From sequence record OZ035813.1: 38,979 bases of DNA; one strand, given 5' to 3'. A program made the translations under genes and the position numbers. Positions 6,301 to 16,315 of the stretch are shown here, one piece after another (position 1 is the first letter of the stretch; every line of letters begins with the position of its first letter). The notes beneath the pieces were generated by a model that saw only the letters and a list, made by a program, of their open reading frames with translations, was not told the origin of the DNA and made no database searches. Source of the DNA: Kayfunavirus LM33P1.

Positions 6301-8982
6301 ATGAGCGTCATCTCTATTGACAAGCACGACTTCTCTGATGTGTCGAACGCCATTGAGCCGTTTAACCTACTGGCTGACCACTACGGGCAAGACATTGCAG
6401 TCAAACAGCTTCAGCTTGAGCACGAGGCATACACTGAAGGCGAGCGACGTTTCATCAAGAACCTTGAGAGACAGACTGAGCGAGGGGAACTGGCAGACAA
6501 TCAGGTCGCCAAGCCTTTGATGCAGACTCTGGTCCCTAAGATTGCGCAAGCCGTCAAGGAGTGGCATGAAGGTCCAGACGGGAAGCTGTCAACCTCTCGT
6601 CCGAGCGTAGCGTTCACCATGTTGAGCACTGAAGAGAAGGCCGTAAAGGTCCGCTCTTTGCGCATCTCCTGCGAGTCTGCTGCGGTTATCATATTGAAGG
6701 TCATACTCTCCAAGCTGGTCAAGCCTGAAGGGATACCGATTACACCGATGGCCTCAGCGATAGGTCGCACACTTGAGGACGAAATCCGCTTCGGTCGCAT
6801 CCGTGACAAGGAGAAAGAGCACTTCAAGAAGGCGATAGCTGATAACCTGAATAAGCGGGCCGGGGCGTCCTACAAGAAAGCCTACATGCAAGCGGTCGAG
6901 GCATCCATGCTGGAGCAAGGCCAACTGGAAGATGCGTGGGGGACTTGGAGTCCGACCGAGGCTGTCCACGTTGGAATCAAGATGCTGGAGATTGTCATCC
7001 AGTCCACACAACTGGTCGAGCTTAAGCGTTACGGTGCTGGCAATGCAGCGGCTGACGTTGAGATGGTCCACCTGTCAGACTTCTGGGTCAAGAAGATGGC
7101 ACAACGAGGATTCAGCCTTGCGGGTATAGCTCCAGTCTACCAGCCTTGCGTCGTTCCACCTAAGCCGTGGACTGGTGTCGTAGGCGGTGGGTACTGGGCC
7201 AAAGGACGCAGACCATTACCACTGATTCGCTTAGGGTCTAAGTCTGCGGTAGCACGCTACGAAGACGTGTATATGCCTGAAGTCTATGACGCTGTGAACA
7301 TCATTCAGAATACACCTTGGAAAGTGAACAAGAAGGTTCTGGAAGTGGTGAACATGGTCGAGAAGCTGAACAACACGCCTATTGATGACATCCCTCAGAT
7401 GGAACCGCTGAAGCCTGAGGACTATGCGGGTGAGACTGAAGAAGAACTCAAGGCATGGAAGAAGGCTGCTGCTGGTATCTATCGCCGCGAGAAGGCCAGA
7501 CAGTCACGAAGATTGTCACTGAGCTTTATCGTCAACCAAGCGAACAAGTTCTCTCAGTTCAAGGCCATCTGGTTCCCGTATAACATGGACTGGCGCGGTC
7601 GCGTCTACGCTGTGCCGATGTTCAACCCTCAGGGTAACGACATGCAAAAGGGTCTTCTGACTCTGGCAGTCGGTAAGCCTATTGGTGCTGATGGTTTCAA
7701 ATGGCTGAAGGTCCACGGTGCAAACTGCGCGGGTGTCGATAAAGTCACCTTCGAGGAGCGTATCAAGTGGGTGGAAGATAACCACGACAACATCATGGCT
7801 GCTGCCAAGGCACCGATGGATAGCATTGAGTGGTGGGGCAAGTTAGACTCTCCGTTCTGCTTCCTAGCGTTCTGCTTCGAGTATGCTGGCGTAATGCACC
7901 ACGGCTTGTCTTACTCCTGCTCGCTGCCGATAGCGTTCGATGGGTCCTGCTCTGGGATTCAGCACTTCAGCGCTATGCTTCGCGACCACATCGGTGGACA
8001 TGCAGTAAACCTGACGCCATCCGGTAAGGTCCAAGACATCTACCGCATCGTGTCTGACCGCATTGAGGAGGAGCTTAAAGTCCTACTGGTTAACGGTACG
8101 GACAACGAGATGGTAACTCACGAGGACAAGAAAACTGGTGAGATTACCGAGCGTCTCAAGCTGGGGACACGAGAGCTTGCCCGTCAGTGGCTGACCTACG
8201 GTATGTCACGAAAGGTCACTAAGCGTTCGGTCATGACTCTGGCCTACGGGTCGAAAGAGTACGGCTTCGCAGACCAAGTTTACGAGGACATCGTGATGCC
8301 AGCGATTGACTCAGGGTCTGGCGCTATGTTCACTGAACCAAGCCAAGCATCTCGCTTCATGGCTAAGATGATTTGGGAAGCTGTGAGTGTGACCGTAGTT
8401 GCTGCGGTTGACGCGATGAAATGGCTTCAGGGTGCTGCCAAGCTGCTTGCTGCTGAAGTGAAGGACAAGAAGACTGGAGAAATCCTGAAGCCTTGTCTTC
8501 CGGTACACTGGGTCACACCTGATGGTTTCCCTGTCTGGCAGGAATACCGCAAGAAGGACACCACTCGTCTGAACCTGATGTTCTTAGGGTCATTCAACCT
8601 TCAGCCTACCGTCAACAAAGGCACGAAGAAAGAGCTGGACAAGCACAAGCAGGAGTCAGGCATTAGCCCGAACTTCGTCCACTCACAAGATGGTAGCCAC
8701 CTCCGCAAGACTGTAGTCCACACGCACCGCAAATATGGCGTGATGTCATTCGCAGTGATTCACGATAGCTTCGGGACCATCCCGGCTGACGCTGAGTATC
8801 TGTTCCGTGGAGTCCGTGAGACGATGGTCGAGACCTACCGCGACAACGATGTGCTGCTTGACTTCTACGAGCAGTTTGAATACCAGCTTCACGAGAGCCA
8901 GAGAGACAAGTTGCCTGAGCTTCCGAAGAAAGGTAAACTGAATATCGAAGACATCTTGTCTTCAGACTTTGCATTCGCTTAA
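6301..8982 (+). CDS. T7-like single-subunit DNA-directed RNA polymerase (gp1)
   Basis: 893 aa; characteristic T7 RNAP sequence throughout (for example PMFNPQGNDMQKGLLTLA, HDSFGT, AFCFEYAGV, C-terminal FAFA). Confidence 0.97.
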   Translation: MSVISIDKHDFSDVSNAIEPFNLLADHYGQDIAVKQLQLEHEAYTEGERRFIKNLERQTERGELADNQVAKPLMQTLVPKIAQAVKEWHEGPDGKLSTSRPSVAFTMLSTEEKAVKVRSLRISCESAAVIILKVILSKLVKPEGIPITPMASAIGRTLEDEIRFGRIRDKEKEHFKKAIADNLNKRAGASYKKAYMQAVEASMLEQGQLEDAWGTWSPTEAVHVGIKMLEIVIQSTQLVELKRYGAGNAAADVEMVHLSDFWVKKMAQRGFSLAGIAPVYQPCVVPPKPWTGVVGGGYWAKGRRPLPLIRLGSKSAVARYEDVYMPEVYDAVNIIQNTPWKVNKKVLEVVNMVEKLNNTPIDDIPQMEPLKPEDYAGETEEELKAWKKAAAGIYRREKARQSRRLSLSFIVNQANKFSQFKAIWFPYNMDWRGRVYAVPMFNPQGNDMQKGLLTLAVGKPIGADGFKWLKVHGANCAGVDKVTFEERIKWVEDNHDNIMAAAKAPMDSIEWWGKLDSPFCFLAFCFEYAGVMHHGLSYSCSLPIAFDGSCSGIQHFSAMLRDHIGGHAVNLTPSGKVQDIYRIVSDRIEEELKVLLVNGTDNEMVTHEDKKTGEITERLKLGTRELARQWLTYGMSRKVTKRSVMTLAYGSKEYGFADQVYEDIVMPAIDSGSGAMFTEPSQASRFMAKMIWEAVSVTVVAAVDAMKWLQGAAKLLAAEVKDKKTGEILKPCLPVHWVTPDGFPVWQEYRKKDTTRLNLMFLGSFNLQPTVNKGTKKELDKHKQESGISPNFVHSQDGSHLRKTVVHTHRKYGVMSFAVIHDSFGTIPADAEYLFRGVRETMVETYRDNDVLLDFYEQFEYQLHESQRDKLPELPKKGKLNIEDILSSDFAFA

Positions 8983-8997
8983 CAACAGGAGAAGTAT

Positions 8998-9228
8998 ATG
9001 TCAATGAAACTTGTAGCACACAACAGGGTATTCAACGATGGGTCGGGACGTTGCCATGTAGAGCTGACTTATAAGGATTTAATCATTCTCCGAGACAGAT
9101 TACAGTCGGGTGTGACTGGGTGGATTCAACCTAACGAGTACAACCTTATAGCTTCGATTGATGAAGTTCTTAACGCGTGGATGGAAGACGAGCGCATTCA
9201 GTATCCGTCATTCCCTCTAATTAGATAA
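8998..9228 (+). CDS. hypothetical protein
   Basis: 76-aa ORF with AGGAGA SD directly after the RNAP gene. Confidence 0.5.
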   Translation: MSMKLVAHNRVFNDGSGRCHVELTYKDLIILRDRLQSGVTGWIQPNEYNLIASIDEVLNAWMEDERIQYPSFPLIR

Positions 9229-9238
9229 GGAGAGAGTT

Positions 9239-9454
9239 ATGAAATTTGCACACAAGCATACTGGCGTTAATGGTGGGACTCAAATCGTGACCGTAACAGA
9301 ACACAACGGCAAGGGTCTGGTGAAGACCACGGTCATCCCTACCGAGATGTCCAAGCAGCTTAACATCCCGTTCAAGACTCTTGTATATCTGGTCGAGTCC
9401 AGCCACGAGAAGTACCTGAAGGACGCAGTGTCCAAGCTGGAGCAGGCCAAATGA
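9239..9454 (+). CDS. hypothetical protein
   Basis: 71-aa ORF with AAGGAGAG SD. Confidence 0.5.
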   Translation: MKFAHKHTGVNGGTQIVTVTEHNGKGLVKTTVIPTEMSKQLNIPFKTLVYLVESSHEKYLKDAVSKLEQAK

Positions 9455-9529
9455 CAGACATACAGTTACTGGCCTTGTGGCTGGGAGCACTCGCAGTATT
9501 CACTTTAATCCAACGCAGAAGAGGTTAAC

Positions 9530-9552
9530 CCTAAACTATCACTATAGGATTA
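9530..9552 (+). promoter_or_regulatory. phage RNAP promoter (phi1.1-like)
   Basis: CCTAAACTATCACTATAGGATTA; +1 at 9547. Confidence 0.75.
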
Positions 9553-9595
9553 GACTCAAGGTCATGACTCAAAGTCGTGGCCTTCATGATTAACC
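9548..9595 (+). promoter_or_regulatory. RNase III-like processing hairpin (R1.1 position)
   Basis: same conserved core GACTCAAGGTCAT..GTGGCCTTCATG just downstream of promoter +1. Confidence 0.4.
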
Positions 9596-9625
9596 CTAAA
9601 TAAACACTACTGGAGATTTAACCGT

Positions 9626-9805
9626 ATGTATCAGAACACTATCAACTTCGAGCGCATCCGTGAACGTCAGCAGACTGAAGGTTACATCCCTAAGGGCCGC
9701 AAGCTGAACAAGACTAAACGTGGAGGAGGTATCAAAGGTGCTTTCCGTAACGCTGAAGGTAAAGACTCTATGGTTAACCAAGAGAAATACTTCGTAGGAG
9801 CATAA
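9626..9805 (+). CDS. gp1.1-like small basic protein
   Basis: 59-aa ORF downstream of a phage promoter; KGRKLNKTKR motif matches recalled T7 gp1.1. Confidence 0.6.
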   Translation: MYQNTINFERIRERQQTEGYIPKGRKLNKTKRGGGIKGAFRNAEGKDSMVNQEKYFVGA

Positions 9806-9809
9806 CCAA

Positions 9810-10073
9810 ATGGGCAGACTTTATAGTGGCAACCTCAACGATTTCAAAGCAGCGTGTCACAGGCTTTATCAGTTAGACTTCGCTGTCATATCTCAGGAGT
9901 TTCAAGACTATACGTCACGCCAAGAGTGTATGAAACTCAGGGTGGAGGACCGAGCTGGTAACATCTTCGCGCTTGAGACCTTCGCACACTACGATGAAGA
10001 CGTGCTGTATAATACCGCAACCGACTACCTCAACGGTCTCGCTGACCATCTCGACACATGGAGCAAAGAATAA
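9810..10073 (+). CDS. gp1.2-like protein (dGTPase inhibitor family)
   Basis: 87 aa starting MGRLYSGNL..FKAA, as in T7 gp1.2. Confidence 0.8.
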   Translation: MGRLYSGNLNDFKAACHRLYQLDFAVISQEFQDYTSRQECMKLRVEDRAGNIFALETFAHYDEDVLYNTATDYLNGLADHLDTWSKE

Positions 10074-11161
10074 TGACAACTATCAAAACTAACCCTCACC
10101 GCGCTGTAGATTACTCTGAGTCTGGAATTAAGAAGGCACTGGAAGCAGCCGGGTCTCTGGAAGCTGAAGTGAAGTACGATGGTGTGCGCCTGAACCTCCT
10201 GGTCCTGCGTGAAGGTGAGACCTACTGGCTTAGCCGCGAGTCGAAACCTCTACCAGCCTTGGAGTGGATGAACTCTGAGTTAGGTAATGCGTGGACCCAA
10301 GCTGACTGGCGATGGTTCCTGCGTCAATCCGGCTACGAAGGTGTGGGCATGATGATTGATGGCGAGGTCATGGTCAAAGGTGTAGACTTCAACACCTCCT
10401 CAGGTCTCATCCGAACGAAGTGGCTCAAGCCTAACAACGAGGAGTTCGCTGAATACTATTCGCCGGCGACTGGTGGAAAGAAGCTCCCGTTCTGGGGATC
10501 CCGGTCACGACTTCAGGTTGTGGTCTACGGTGTCATCGACATGACAACCATTGCTGACCCGAAAGCCGAAGGTCCTATCCATAGCGTCACACGCCTGAAG
10601 GCCGAAGCTATCGTCCCTCTCCTCCAGAAATACTTCCCGGAAATCGACTGGGTTCTGTCTGAGTCACACACGGTCTATGACCTTGAGTCTCTCAACTCCC
10701 TGTACGAAGAGAAGCGTCTGGAAGGACACGAGGGTCTGGTAGTCAAGGACCCACTTGGTAAATACAAGCGCGGCAAGAAGTCAGGCATGTGGAAAATGAA
10801 GCCGGAGGACACCATTGATGGGACCGTGTGTGGACTCGTGTGGGGGACTCCTGGTAAGGCTAACGAAGGTAAGATCATCGGCTTTGAGGTTCTACTGGAG
10901 GATGGCATGGTGGTCAACGCCTGCGGTCTGTCTGAAGAACAGAAGGACGGGTTTACGGCTAAGGTCAAGGAGGACACGCTTGCTGCGGTTGGCATCTTTG
11001 CGCCGTACGGCATTGGTGGTAACGAACCTTGCTTCGATAACCCATACGAAGGCTGGCAGTGTGAAGTCCTCTTCATGGAGAGGTTCCCTGATGGCTCCCT
11101 TCGTCACCCCAGCTTCAAGTGCTGGCGTGGAACCGAAGACAACCCAACGGTGAAGTCATGA
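10073..11161 (+). CDS. ATP-dependent DNA ligase (gp1.3)
   Basis: KYDGVR adenylation motif, EGHEGLVVKDP, SLRHPSF; start taken at ATG 10073 overlapping the gp1.2 stop (TAATG) to match the T7 N-terminus MxxIKTNP. Confidence 0.9.
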   Translation: MTTIKTNPHRAVDYSESGIKKALEAAGSLEAEVKYDGVRLNLLVLREGETYWLSRESKPLPALEWMNSELGNAWTQADWRWFLRQSGYEGVGMMIDGEVMVKGVDFNTSSGLIRTKWLKPNNEEFAEYYSPATGGKKLPFWGSRSRLQVVVYGVIDMTTIADPKAEGPIHSVTRLKAEAIVPLLQKYFPEIDWVLSESHTVYDLESLNSLYEEKRLEGHEGLVVKDPLGKYKRGKKSGMWKMKPEDTIDGTVCGLVWGTPGKANEGKIIGFEVLLEDGMVVNACGLSEEQKDGFTAKVKEDTLAAVGIFAPYGIGGNEPCFDNPYEGWQCEVLFMERFPDGSLRHPSFKCWRGTEDNPTVKS

Positions 11162-11337
11162 GTACACAACTTTATATCAACATAGCAAGTAGTCAACTCT
11201 ACGCTGTGGTAAATGGCGAGCTGTGGTATCGTAAACTCAAGAAGTGGGCCAAGTCCTCCTACGATGAAGAGACAATATCAACCATGAGTCATCGCTACCG
11301 TAAGGCTGCTAAGGTGAACAACTTTAAGATGCGTTAA
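11158..11337 (+). CDS. hypothetical small protein (gene 1.4 position)
   Basis: 59-aa ORF whose ATG overlaps the ligase stop (ATGA). Confidence 0.4.
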   Translation: MSTQLYINIASSQLYAVVNGELWYRKLKKWAKSSYDEETISTMSHRYRKAAKVNNFKMR

Positions 11338-11341
11338 CGTC

Positions 11342-11378
11342 AACCCAGTGGTCTTATGACTGCTGGGTTTCTTTGCGT
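11342..11378 (+). terminator. candidate early terminator (TE-like) after the ligase operon
   Basis: 12-bp stem AACCCAGTGGTC/GACTGCTGGGTT (two G-U pairs), loop TTAT, then TTTCTTT. Confidence 0.45.
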
Positions 11379-11396
11379 ACGGGCCACCAGCTAGAC

Positions 11397-11419
11397 CCTA
11401 AGCTATCACTATAGGACAA
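11397..11419 (+). promoter_or_regulatory. phage RNAP promoter (variant)
   Basis: CCTAAGCTATCACTATAGGACAA; +1 at 11414. Confidence 0.65.
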
Positions 11420-11445
11420 CCCTAACCGACCAAAGGAGAAACCTT

Positions 11446-11700
11446 ATGTCTAAAAACTTAATGTTCAACCGATTTACTCGAAGCTTCCACCTGTCGCATA
11501 GCCCATTCAGCTTCCATAAATCTAATCAACCATTACCCCGCTTTGGTAAGACAGTGGCTCTGTCTCCCACAGTTCATGCGCTAGTCACCCGCAAGTCTAT
11601 GCTGAAGGCTATGGATAAAGAACAAGTCGATGTACCTGTGGTCGTTACAAAATGGCCTCGCATTAAGCTGGCCCTTCTGGTAATTAAGGAAGTGTTTTGA
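11446..11700 (+). CDS. gp1.6-like protein
   Basis: 84 aa; C-terminus TKWPRIKLALLVIKEVF resembles recalled T7 gp1.6 ending RLLLKRIKEVF. Confidence 0.65.
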   Translation: MSKNLMFNRFTRSFHLSHSPFSFHKSNQPLPRFGKTVALSPTVHALVTRKSMLKAMDKEQVDVPVVVTKWPRIKLALLVIKEVF

Positions 11701-12038
11701 TGGCATATTGTGATAGCACCACATACTGTGAAGCATGTAATGGTGATGACCGCTTCCCACACGTTGGTAAACTTGTAGGTAACAAGCTGCAAGAAATTGA
11801 TGGTGTACGCAAGCCATCCCACTATCAGGTCTTTGATGGCGTGGAATCCATTGAGATTATCGCACGGTCAATGACTGTGAGTGAGTTCCGTGGGTTCTGC
11901 ATGGGTAACGTCCTGAAGTATCGACTCCGGGCTGGTAAGAAGTCAGAGCTGGCAACTATGGAGAAGGACCTGAACAAAGCAGCCTTCTATCAGGAGCTGT
12001 TCGACCTGCATAAAGGTAAGTGCTATGCTTCCGAGTGA
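11697..12038 (+). CDS. gp1.7-like protein (nucleotide kinase family), short form
   Basis: 113 aa; KPSHYQVFDGVESIEIIARSMTVSEFRGFCMGNVLKYRLRAGKKSELA matches the C-terminal half of T7 gp1.7 as recalled. Confidence 0.65.
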   Translation: MMAYCDSTTYCEACNGDDRFPHVGKLVGNKLQEIDGVRKPSHYQVFDGVESIEIIARSMTVSEFRGFCMGNVLKYRLRAGKKSELATMEKDLNKAAFYQELFDLHKGKCYASE

Positions 12039-12116
12039 GTGGTGTGAAATGATGTTCGAGAAGACAGGTAACACTGACTACCTTGAATTGTATAACCAGT
12101 GGAAGGAGCGCGGTTT

Positions 12117-12275
12117 ATGACTGAGGTTGAGAAGAAATACATCGTGGAGCTTGAGGGTCGCGTTCAGTCCTTCGAGGTTCCGTTGTACGCAAAGTCTCTT
12201 GAAGAGGCTACCCTGAAGTCCCAAGAGTATGAGGACGCTGGGTTTGTGGTCGGACGGATTCGCCCTGAGACCTAA
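12117..12275 (+). CDS. host RNA polymerase inhibitor (gp2-like)
   Basis: 52 aa; [15 protein letters not shown]....[10 protein letters not shown] resembles T7 gp2 (HSFEVPIYAETLDEA...AGFEVTRVRP); stop TAA lies inside the next phage promoter. Confidence 0.7.
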   Translation: MTEVEKKYIVELEGRVQSFEVPLYAKSLEEATLKSQEYEDAGFVVGRIRPET

Positions 12276-12293
12276 ACTATCACTGTAGGACAG
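12271..12293 (+). promoter_or_regulatory. phage RNAP promoter (phi2.5-like, variant)
   Basis: CCTAAACTATCACTGTAGGACAG; +1 at 12288. Confidence 0.6.
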
Positions 12294-12332
12294 ACGTCCA
12301 GTTAGTAACTTTAAATTAGGAGATTTACACCA

Positions 12333-13025
12333 ATGGCTAAAGAGCAACTGAAGACTTTCACCACTCCGGTAGCTGGTATCGTTGAGCCTTACGCATGGCT
12401 GAACAAAGCAGACACCAAGTTTAATGAACGTGGTGAGCATAAGGTTAACCTGACGTTCGACCTGAGCGACCCGAAGGTCCGTAAGATGATTGATGTCTTA
12501 CAGAAGATTCACGACGATGCGTATGCGAAAGCACTCGCAGACCACGAGAAGAACCCACCTCAGGTTCAGCGTGGCAAGAAGCCTATTGAACCACGTGAAG
12601 GCGACATGCCGTGGATTGAGAATGGTGACGGTACTGTTACCCTTAAGTTTAAATGCTTTGCGTCTTACCTGAAAGACGGCAAGTCCGAGCCTATCTTATT
12701 ACGGTTCTACGACACCGATGCTAAACTCATCCGTGACGTCCCGAATATTAGCGCTGGCTCCAAACTGAAGGTCAAGTTTAAAGTCCTGCCGTTCAAGTGG
12801 AACGCTGCGACCGGTGCAAGCGTTAAGCTCCAGCTTGAGTCCTGCCTTCTTGTAGAACTGAAGGAGTGGAAAGGTGCTGGTGGTGATGGTGGCTGGGGTG
12901 ATGATGAAGACCTTGGTACTGGCTACAAAGCGCCAACCGATGGTGACTTCGGGTCTGATGCCTTCGGTGACGATGGTTCCGAAGGTGGTGACGACTCCAG
13001 CTCTGGTGGCGATTACGACTTCTAA
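12333..13025 (+). CDS. single-stranded DNA-binding protein (gp2.5)
   Basis: 230 aa; EPYAW, RGKKPIEPREGDMPW, SKLKVKFKVLPFKWNAATGASVKLQLES, acidic C-terminal tail ending in F as in T7 gp2.5. Confidence 0.9.
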   Translation: MAKEQLKTFTTPVAGIVEPYAWLNKADTKFNERGEHKVNLTFDLSDPKVRKMIDVLQKIHDDAYAKALADHEKNPPQVQRGKKPIEPREGDMPWIENGDGTVTLKFKCFASYLKDGKSEPILLRFYDTDAKLIRDVPNISAGSKLKVKFKVLPFKWNAATGASVKLQLESCLLVELKEWKGAGGDGGWGDDEDLGTGYKAPTDGDFGSDAFGDDGSEGGDDSSSGGDYDF

Positions 13026-13477
13026 TGGCCCAATGGTCTGCAAAACGGGGGCACTCTGTGGGTGCCTACCGCTCTGGACTTGAAGCCAAGAACCAGCAGT
13101 GGCTGGAACAGAACGGCGTCAAAGCGGAGTACGAAAGCCATTATATCAACTATGTGATTCCGGCTTCCGACCACAAGTACACACCAGATTTTATCCTTCC
13201 TAACGGTATCATCGTGGAGACCAAAGGTATCTTCGATAGTGATGACCGTAAGAAGCACCTTCTGGTACGAGAACAGCACCCAGAGTTAGACATCCGGTTC
13301 GTGTTCTCAAGTTCACGCTCCAAGTTATACAAAGGGTCTCCAACCACGTATGGCGCATGGTGCGAAAAGAACGGCTATAAGTATGCCGATAAATTCATCC
13401 CGGTTGAGTGGCTTCGAGAGGCGACTGTACGTCTGCCTTCAGGTATACTCATCCCCAAGAAGAAAGGAGTTAAGTGA
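13025..13477 (+). CDS. endonuclease I, Holliday junction resolvase (gp3)
   Basis: 150 aa; IPASDHKYTPDFILPNGIIVETKG, DDRKKHLLVREQHPELDIRFVFSSSRSKLYKGSPT closely match T7 gp3. Confidence 0.9.
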   Translation: MAQWSAKRGHSVGAYRSGLEAKNQQWLEQNGVKAEYESHYINYVIPASDHKYTPDFILPNGIIVETKGIFDSDDRKKHLLVREQHPELDIRFVFSSSRSKLYKGSPTTYGAWCEKNGYKYADKFIPVEWLREATVRLPSGILIPKKKGVK

Positions 13478-13968
13478 TGAGCAAGAAGTTTAAACTGTTA
13501 GTAGATGCGCATGGCTGGCCTAGTGGGACTATAGTTACCAAGTGTGAGAATGACCCCGTACCAGATTCAAGAATGACCCTAGTTGAGTGCCAGATTCCAG
13601 GCGCATACAAACATGGGTCTAACGGCTGCAATACTCAGCCTGAGGGTATGTGGGGAGCATGGGTCCTTAATTGGAAACTTGAGGAAATCAAGCCGGAAGA
13701 GAAACTCACTGGTGTCCAAACCACTCAAGTCCTGCCAGCTTCGAGCGTACCGCCTGTGACTTTGAAGCGTGAAGTCCTGACCATCGACAAGATTGGTGTA
13801 GGCCAGACGTTCATCGTCCATGGAAAGCCTGAAGAAGTTTACGTGAAGATTAGCAACTCACACGTCTTCAACCATAAGCATCTCCAGATGCACACCACGG
13901 ACGCACAACGCTTCACCCAGCACCTGAATCTGGTTGTCGTAGAATTGGTGGTGTACAATGGTAAGTAA
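13477..13968 (+). CDS. hypothetical protein inserted between endonuclease I and lysozyme
   Basis: 163-aa ORF with AAGGAG SD, start overlapping the gp3 stop; no counterpart at this position in T7 as I recall it. Confidence 0.6.
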   Translation: MSKKFKLLVDAHGWPSGTIVTKCENDPVPDSRMTLVECQIPGAYKHGSNGCNTQPEGMWGAWVLNWKLEEIKPEEKLTGVQTTQVLPASSVPPVTLKREVLTIDKIGVGQTFIVHGKPEEVYVKISNSHVFNHKHLQMHTTDAQRFTQHLNLVVVELVVYNGK

Positions 13969-14416
13969 GGTACAGTTCAATCCACGGTCCCGGACCGACG
14001 CTATCTTCGTACACTGTTCGGCTACCAAGCCAGAGATGGACATCGGGGTAGAGACCATCCGTATGTGGCACAAGCAGCAAGGCTGGCTGGACGTAGGCTA
14101 CCACTTTATCATCAAGCGCGATGGCACTGTGGAAGAGGGACGCCCGGTCAATGTCGTAGGGTCACACGTTAAGGACTGGAACTCACGGTCTGTAGGCGTC
14201 TGCCTTGTAGGTGGAATTGACGCTAAGGGCAAGTTTGAAGCTAACTTCACTCCGGCCCAGATGAACTCCCTGCGCAACAAGCTGGCTGACCTGAAGGACT
14301 TGTATCCTCAGGCAGAAATCAAAGCACATCATGACGTAGCACCAAAGGCGTGTCCAAGTTTCGACTTGCAACGCTGGCTGTCTACCAATGAACTGGTCAC
14401 TTCCGACCGAGGCTAA
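13958..14416 (+). CDS. lysozyme, N-acetylmuramoyl-L-alanine amidase (gp3.5)
   Basis: 152 aa; TDAIFVHCSATKP, GWLDVGYHFIIKRDGTVEEGR, HDVAPKACPSFDL, ELVTSDRG nearly identical to T7 gp3.5. Confidence 0.9.
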   Translation: MVSKVQFNPRSRTDAIFVHCSATKPEMDIGVETIRMWHKQQGWLDVGYHFIIKRDGTVEEGRPVNVVGSHVKDWNSRSVGVCLVGGIDAKGKFEANFTPAQMNSLRNKLADLKDLYPQAEIKAHHDVAPKACPSFDLQRWLSTNELVTSDRG

Positions 14417-14434
14417 ACTATCACCGTAGGGATG
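14412..14434 (+). promoter_or_regulatory. phage RNAP promoter (variant)
   Basis: GCTAAACTATCACCGTAGGGATG; +1 at 14429. Confidence 0.6.
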
Positions 14435-14479
14435 AGACCACGAGTCTTGTCCCTTTGTTCGCATTTGAGATTAAGAAAT

Positions 14480-14558
14480 GTCTCCATAGCTCAAACGGTA
14501 GAGCGGCGGGTCGTGATGGCCTATTGCGATTAGGGTTCGAATCCCCGTGGAGACGCCA
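14480..14558 (+). tRNA. tRNA-like element with encoded CCA; anticodon arm irregular, identity unresolved
   Basis: 7-bp acceptor stem GTCTCCA/TGGAGAC, D-arm TAGCTCAAACGGTAGAGC, T-arm GGGTTCGAATCCC with canonical TTCGAAT loop, discriminator G then CCA; the segment between D and T arms (about 26 nt) does not fold into a clean 5-bp anticodon stem by eye. Confidence 0.4.
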
Positions 14559-14569
14559 CTAAGGAGTGA

Positions 14570-16273
<1,704 letters not shown>

Positions 16274-16315
16274 TCGGGACATCGCTGACTATAAGAATTT
16301 TACGGAGGACCGTTA

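Noticed and set aside
10675-11076. 133-aa minus-strand ORF and 112-aa + strand alternative-frame ORF (10815..11153) inside the ligase gene
   Set aside because: Both overlap the conserved ligase reading frame; no independent start signals.
14506-14530. Assigning a specific anticodon (GTG/His or GCC/Gly) to the tRNA-like element
   Set aside because: Neither candidate loop has a properly paired 5-bp stem or the usual U33; identity cannot be supported by eye.
14480-14558. tRNA-like element as a prophage attP site
   Set aside because: No integrase, repressor or other lysogeny genes anywhere in the genome; gene content is that of a strictly lytic T7-like phage.
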